DNA from: Candidatus Micrarchaeota archaeon
GTDB lineage: Archaea; Micrarchaeota; Micrarchaeia; Micrarchaeales; CABMGC01
Assembly: GCA_021852055.1 (NCBI GenBank)
Contig: JAJZOD010000003.1
Span: 82,846 to 146,845, forward strand
DNA: 64,000 nt
Direction: 5' to 3'
Both the position numbers and the translations under genes were made by a program. The notes below the pieces were generated by a model, which worked only from the letters and a program-made list of their open reading frames with translations, was not told where the DNA came from and did no database searches. Every line of letters begins with the position of its first letter. Position 1 is the stretch's first letter. This document shows positions 62,262 to 64,000 of this stretch, piece by piece.

Positions 62262-63074
62262 ATGGAAGTCAAAGAAGCAGATGTGTACGCAATCGATGGC
62301 AGCGTTGCAGGAAAGATGACGTTGCCAGGCACATTTTCAAAGGAGTTCAGGAAGGACATTGTTCTCCGTGCAATACTCAGCGAACAGAGCGCAATCTACC
62401 AGCCACAGGGTCACAGCGTTATGGCCGGATTCAATACCACTGCAATATATGTAGGTAAATATTCTGGTTACCGCAGAGGCAGGCACATGGGAATTGCGAT
62501 TAGACCTAGGCAGAAACTAGGTGGAGGTGCCATGGGCGATGTACGCAGGATACCTTCAAGCGTTAAAGGCCACCGTGCGCATCCCCATAAGATAGAAAAG
62601 AGGATTACGGAGCAGATGAACAGGCGCGAATATATCCTTGCAATTGAATCGGCTATCGGCGCATCGACAAACACTGAAGCCATATCTCAAAAACATGTTA
62701 TTGAAAAGCGCGGCACTCCGTTTATAGTAGAGGACAAAATAGAACAGGTAAACAAGACAAAGGATCTTATAAAAATACTTGGTGCACTTGGAATATCGAA
62801 AGATATGGAGAGATCGCATAAGCCGCATCTGAGAAAAGGGGCTGCAAGGAAATCATCAAAGCGGCACTTCAGGAACAGCGTGCTCATAGTAGCCAAGAAT
62901 GCGCATAACATAACCAAGGCAGGCAGGAATATAGCTGGTGTTGATGTGTGCAGCATAAATTCCCTGACGGTTTCAAAATTATCACCAGGCGCGCTTCCGC
63001 GGCTGATGCTTTGGAGCAAGAGCGCAGTTGAAGGCGTAGAGCAGGAACTCAAAAAACAAGAGGTAAGTAAGTGA
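62262..63074 (+). CDS. rpl4: 50S ribosomal protein L4
   Basis: ...QPQGHSVMAGFNTTA...GRHMGIAIRPR... The ATG at 62262 is preceded by AGTGAT. Confidence 0.9.
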   Translation: MEVKEADVYAIDGSVAGKMTLPGTFSKEFRKDIVLRAILSEQSAIYQPQGHSVMAGFNTTAIYVGKYSGYRRGRHMGIAIRPRQKLGGGAMGDVRRIPSSVKGHRAHPHKIEKRITEQMNRREYILAIESAIGASTNTEAISQKHVIEKRGTPFIVEDKIEQVNKTKDLIKILGALGISKDMERSHKPHLRKGAARKSSKRHFRNSVLIVAKNAHNITKAGRNIAGVDVCSINSLTVSKLSPGALPRLMLWSKSAVEGVEQELKKQEVSK

Positions 63075-63325
63075 ACAACCTACTGCAGTATCCGATAGCA
63101 ACAGAAAAGGCATTAAACATGGCAGAGAGAGGCAACACTATAATATACGTTGTGAATTTCAACGCAGCCAAAAAGGACATAAAGAAGGAGTTTGAGGATA
63201 CGTTCAAGGTAAAAGTCGAACGCGTCAATACTGTAATAATGCCAGAGAACGTCAAGAGAGCGTATATAAAACTGAAGAAAGAGTATCTGGCTGGAGACAT
63301 AGCAAAGAGGCTGAAACTAGTATAA
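63071..63325 (+). CDS. rpl23: 50S ribosomal protein L23
   Basis: LQYPIATEKALNMAERGNTIIYVVNFNAAKKDIKKEFEDTFKVKVERVNT. Confidence 0.9.
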   Translation: MNNLLQYPIATEKALNMAERGNTIIYVVNFNAAKKDIKKEFEDTFKVKVERVNTVIMPENVKRAYIKLKKEYLAGDIAKRLKLV

Positions 63326-63333
63326 GTGATTAA

Positions 63334-64000
63334 ATGGGAAAAAGACTTAAGCAGCAAAGAAGAGGAAAGGGCAGCAATGCATACCGGAAACCTCCAAACC
63401 GCTTCAAAGCTGATGTCATGTTTACAAACAGGCCTGGCAAATATATCGGTGAGGTAATAGAATTCATAGATGACCCAGGGCATACGGCTCCGCTTATGCG
63501 GATACGATATGATGATTACACCGAGAACATACTCATAGCGCCAGAAGGCATAAAAATCGGCGACAAGATACAGGAAGGTACGGGCGCTTCACTATCCTTG
63601 GGTAGTGTGCTGCGGCTCGGCGACATACCAGACGGCACGCCGATATACAATATAGAGTCAAAGCCAGGCGATGGCGGCAAGCTTACGCGCGCAGCAGGCA
63701 GCTATGCAACAGTAGCAGTGCATTCAGGCAATACTGTTACTGTTTTATTGCCTTCCAAACATTCAATGGATTTTAGCAATGCATGCAGGGCCGAGATAGG
63801 TGCTGTAGCAGGAGGAGGAGCAAAAGCAAAGCCCATAATGAAAGCAGGAAAGAATTTCTACATAAAGCATGCAGTAAACAGGACATGGCCTACAAACCGC
63901 GGAGTAAAGTCAAATCCTGTGGACCACCCATTCGGAGGCAAGCAGCATCACAAGGGAGCATCAAGCATGACTTCCAGAAATGCACCTCCTGGAGCGAAGG
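63334..64000 (+). CDS. rpl2: 50S ribosomal protein L2, 3'-truncated by the window edge
   Basis: MGKRLKQQRRGKGS...GKLTRAAGSYATV...NPVDHPFGGKQHHKG. The frame is open to nt 64000. Confidence 0.95.
   Translation, partial: MGKRLKQQRRGKGSNAYRKPPNRFKADVMFTNRPGKYIGEVIEFIDDPGHTAPLMRIRYDDYTENILIAPEGIKIGDKIQEGTGASLSLGSVLRLGDIPDGTPIYNIESKPGDGGKLTRAAGSYATVAVHSGNTVTVLLPSKHSMDFSNACRAEIGAVAGGGAKAKPIMKAGKNFYIKHAVNRTWPTNRGVKSNPVDHPFGGKQHHKGASSMTSRNAPPGAK

Noticed and set aside
1-64000. Search for CRISPR arrays, rRNA genes, transposases and integrases
   Set aside because: No array of 25-40-bp repeats with unique spacers was seen. The only tandem repeats are 15-17 bp with 2-3 copies. No rRNA-like stretch was found. 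No ORF shows tyrosine or serine recombinase or DDE motifs that I could recognise by eye.

Overview
This is an archaeal chromosomal segment. Supporting markers are r-proteins L15e, L3, L4, L23, L2, S13, S4 and S11, plus PriS, Pth2, NAC, prefoldin beta, archaeal-type SAM synthetase, deoxyhypusine synthase, FtsZ-SecE and intron-containing tRNAs. The split LplA/LplB and the non-canonical tRNA introns suggest a small-genome acidophile lineage (Thermoplasmata-like or ARMAN/Micrarchaeota-like), but I cannot confirm this. Housekeeping genes alternate with accessory blocks. (1) The 3' part of a giant Cys/Asn/Ser/Thr-rich, membrane-anchored surface protein with near-identical Ig/IPT-like repeats. (2) A tRNA-Ala hotspot carrying a DUF4143 AAA ATPase, a decayed tRNA-Ala copy, an AbiEii/AbiEi pair, a truncated rmlD-like pseudogene and xth, bracketed by identical 34-bp direct repeats. 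(3) A 3.6-kb insertion in the 3' end of a DUF424 gene, bounded by 37-bp repeats, carrying a tightly coupled KaiC-like ATPase / double V4R-like protein / UbiA prenyltransferase operon. This is my best candidate for an undescribed module. (4) A glycan-biosynthesis region of about 16 kb that includes gmd and a ColD-like enzyme with a Lys-to-His change. (5) A uppS-DUF2070-dolichol kinase cluster. I also found RNA features the ORF track hides: tRNA-Ala(UGC) whose intron repeats its own 3'-trailer hairpin, tRNA-Ser(GGA) with two introns (one in the T-loop) lying under a false S13 N-terminus, tRNA-Lys(UUU), and a structured 311-nt non-coding gap. No CRISPR array, rRNA or recognisable integrase or transposase was seen. 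All GC-content statements are by eye.
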